From NCBI GenBank assembly GCA_905252715.1, contig CAJNOU010000143.1:88037-96845 (forward strand): DNA of 8,809 nucleotides, given 5' to 3'. Position 1 is the first letter of the stretch. The number at the start of each line of letters is the position of its first letter. The position numbers were made by a program, and so were the translations under genes. The stretch comes from Rotaria sordida (lineage: Eukaryota). Below, piece by piece: positions 8,686 through 8,809 of this stretch. The notes beneath the pieces were generated by a model, which worked only from the letters and a program-made list of their open reading frames with translations, had not been told where the DNA came from and did no database searches.

Positions 8686-8809
8686 TAGATTTCAATTCCA
8701 ATAGTCTAGAAAGATAGAGCATGAAATTCTGCATATTTTTGTCTATTTACTTATTTCTTTTGTCAATACCAAAAAAAATTTTTTTGGGACGAAATAATCT
8801 CTGGGGGGT

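Noticed and set aside
8540-8734. 64-aa minus-strand ORF
   Set aside because: The GGGRGG-type stretch comes from the C-rich/homopolymer region; likely artefactual.
1-8809. CRISPR array, bacterial defence system, intact transposon, tRNA or rRNA
   Set aside because: No regularly spaced direct repeats, no recognised transposase or reverse transcriptase, and no cloverleaf or rRNA segments seen by eye. The only solid gene is a spliced animal-type gene.

Overview
AT-rich eukaryotic window of mostly non-coding DNA. It holds one well-supported spliced gene on the + strand at 5497..7349. This is a five-exon nicotinate phosphoribosyltransferase (NAPRT) homologue predicted to encode 540 aa, with four very short introns (67, 53, 49 and 61 bp) and an intact frame. 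The reconstructed protein is full length, but several normally invariant active-site motifs look altered: GLRR->GLRD, GTxAH->GTHSY (the position of the autophosphorylated His), ASNDINE->ASGDINE and GIGT->DIGA. It may therefore be a diverged or non-canonical NAPRT paralogue, or a pseudoenzyme. Upstream, at about 2849..3440, are frameshifted and stop-interrupted remnants of an NHL/beta-propeller repeat gene, immediately preceded by a (CT)19 tract and an acceptor-like site. The NHL style and the ~50-60 bp introns suggest a bdelloid rotifer-like genome; this is inference. A second, unidentified and probably decayed coding fragment lies at about 4564..4985. I see no CRISPR array, prokaryotic operon, RNA gene or intact transposon.
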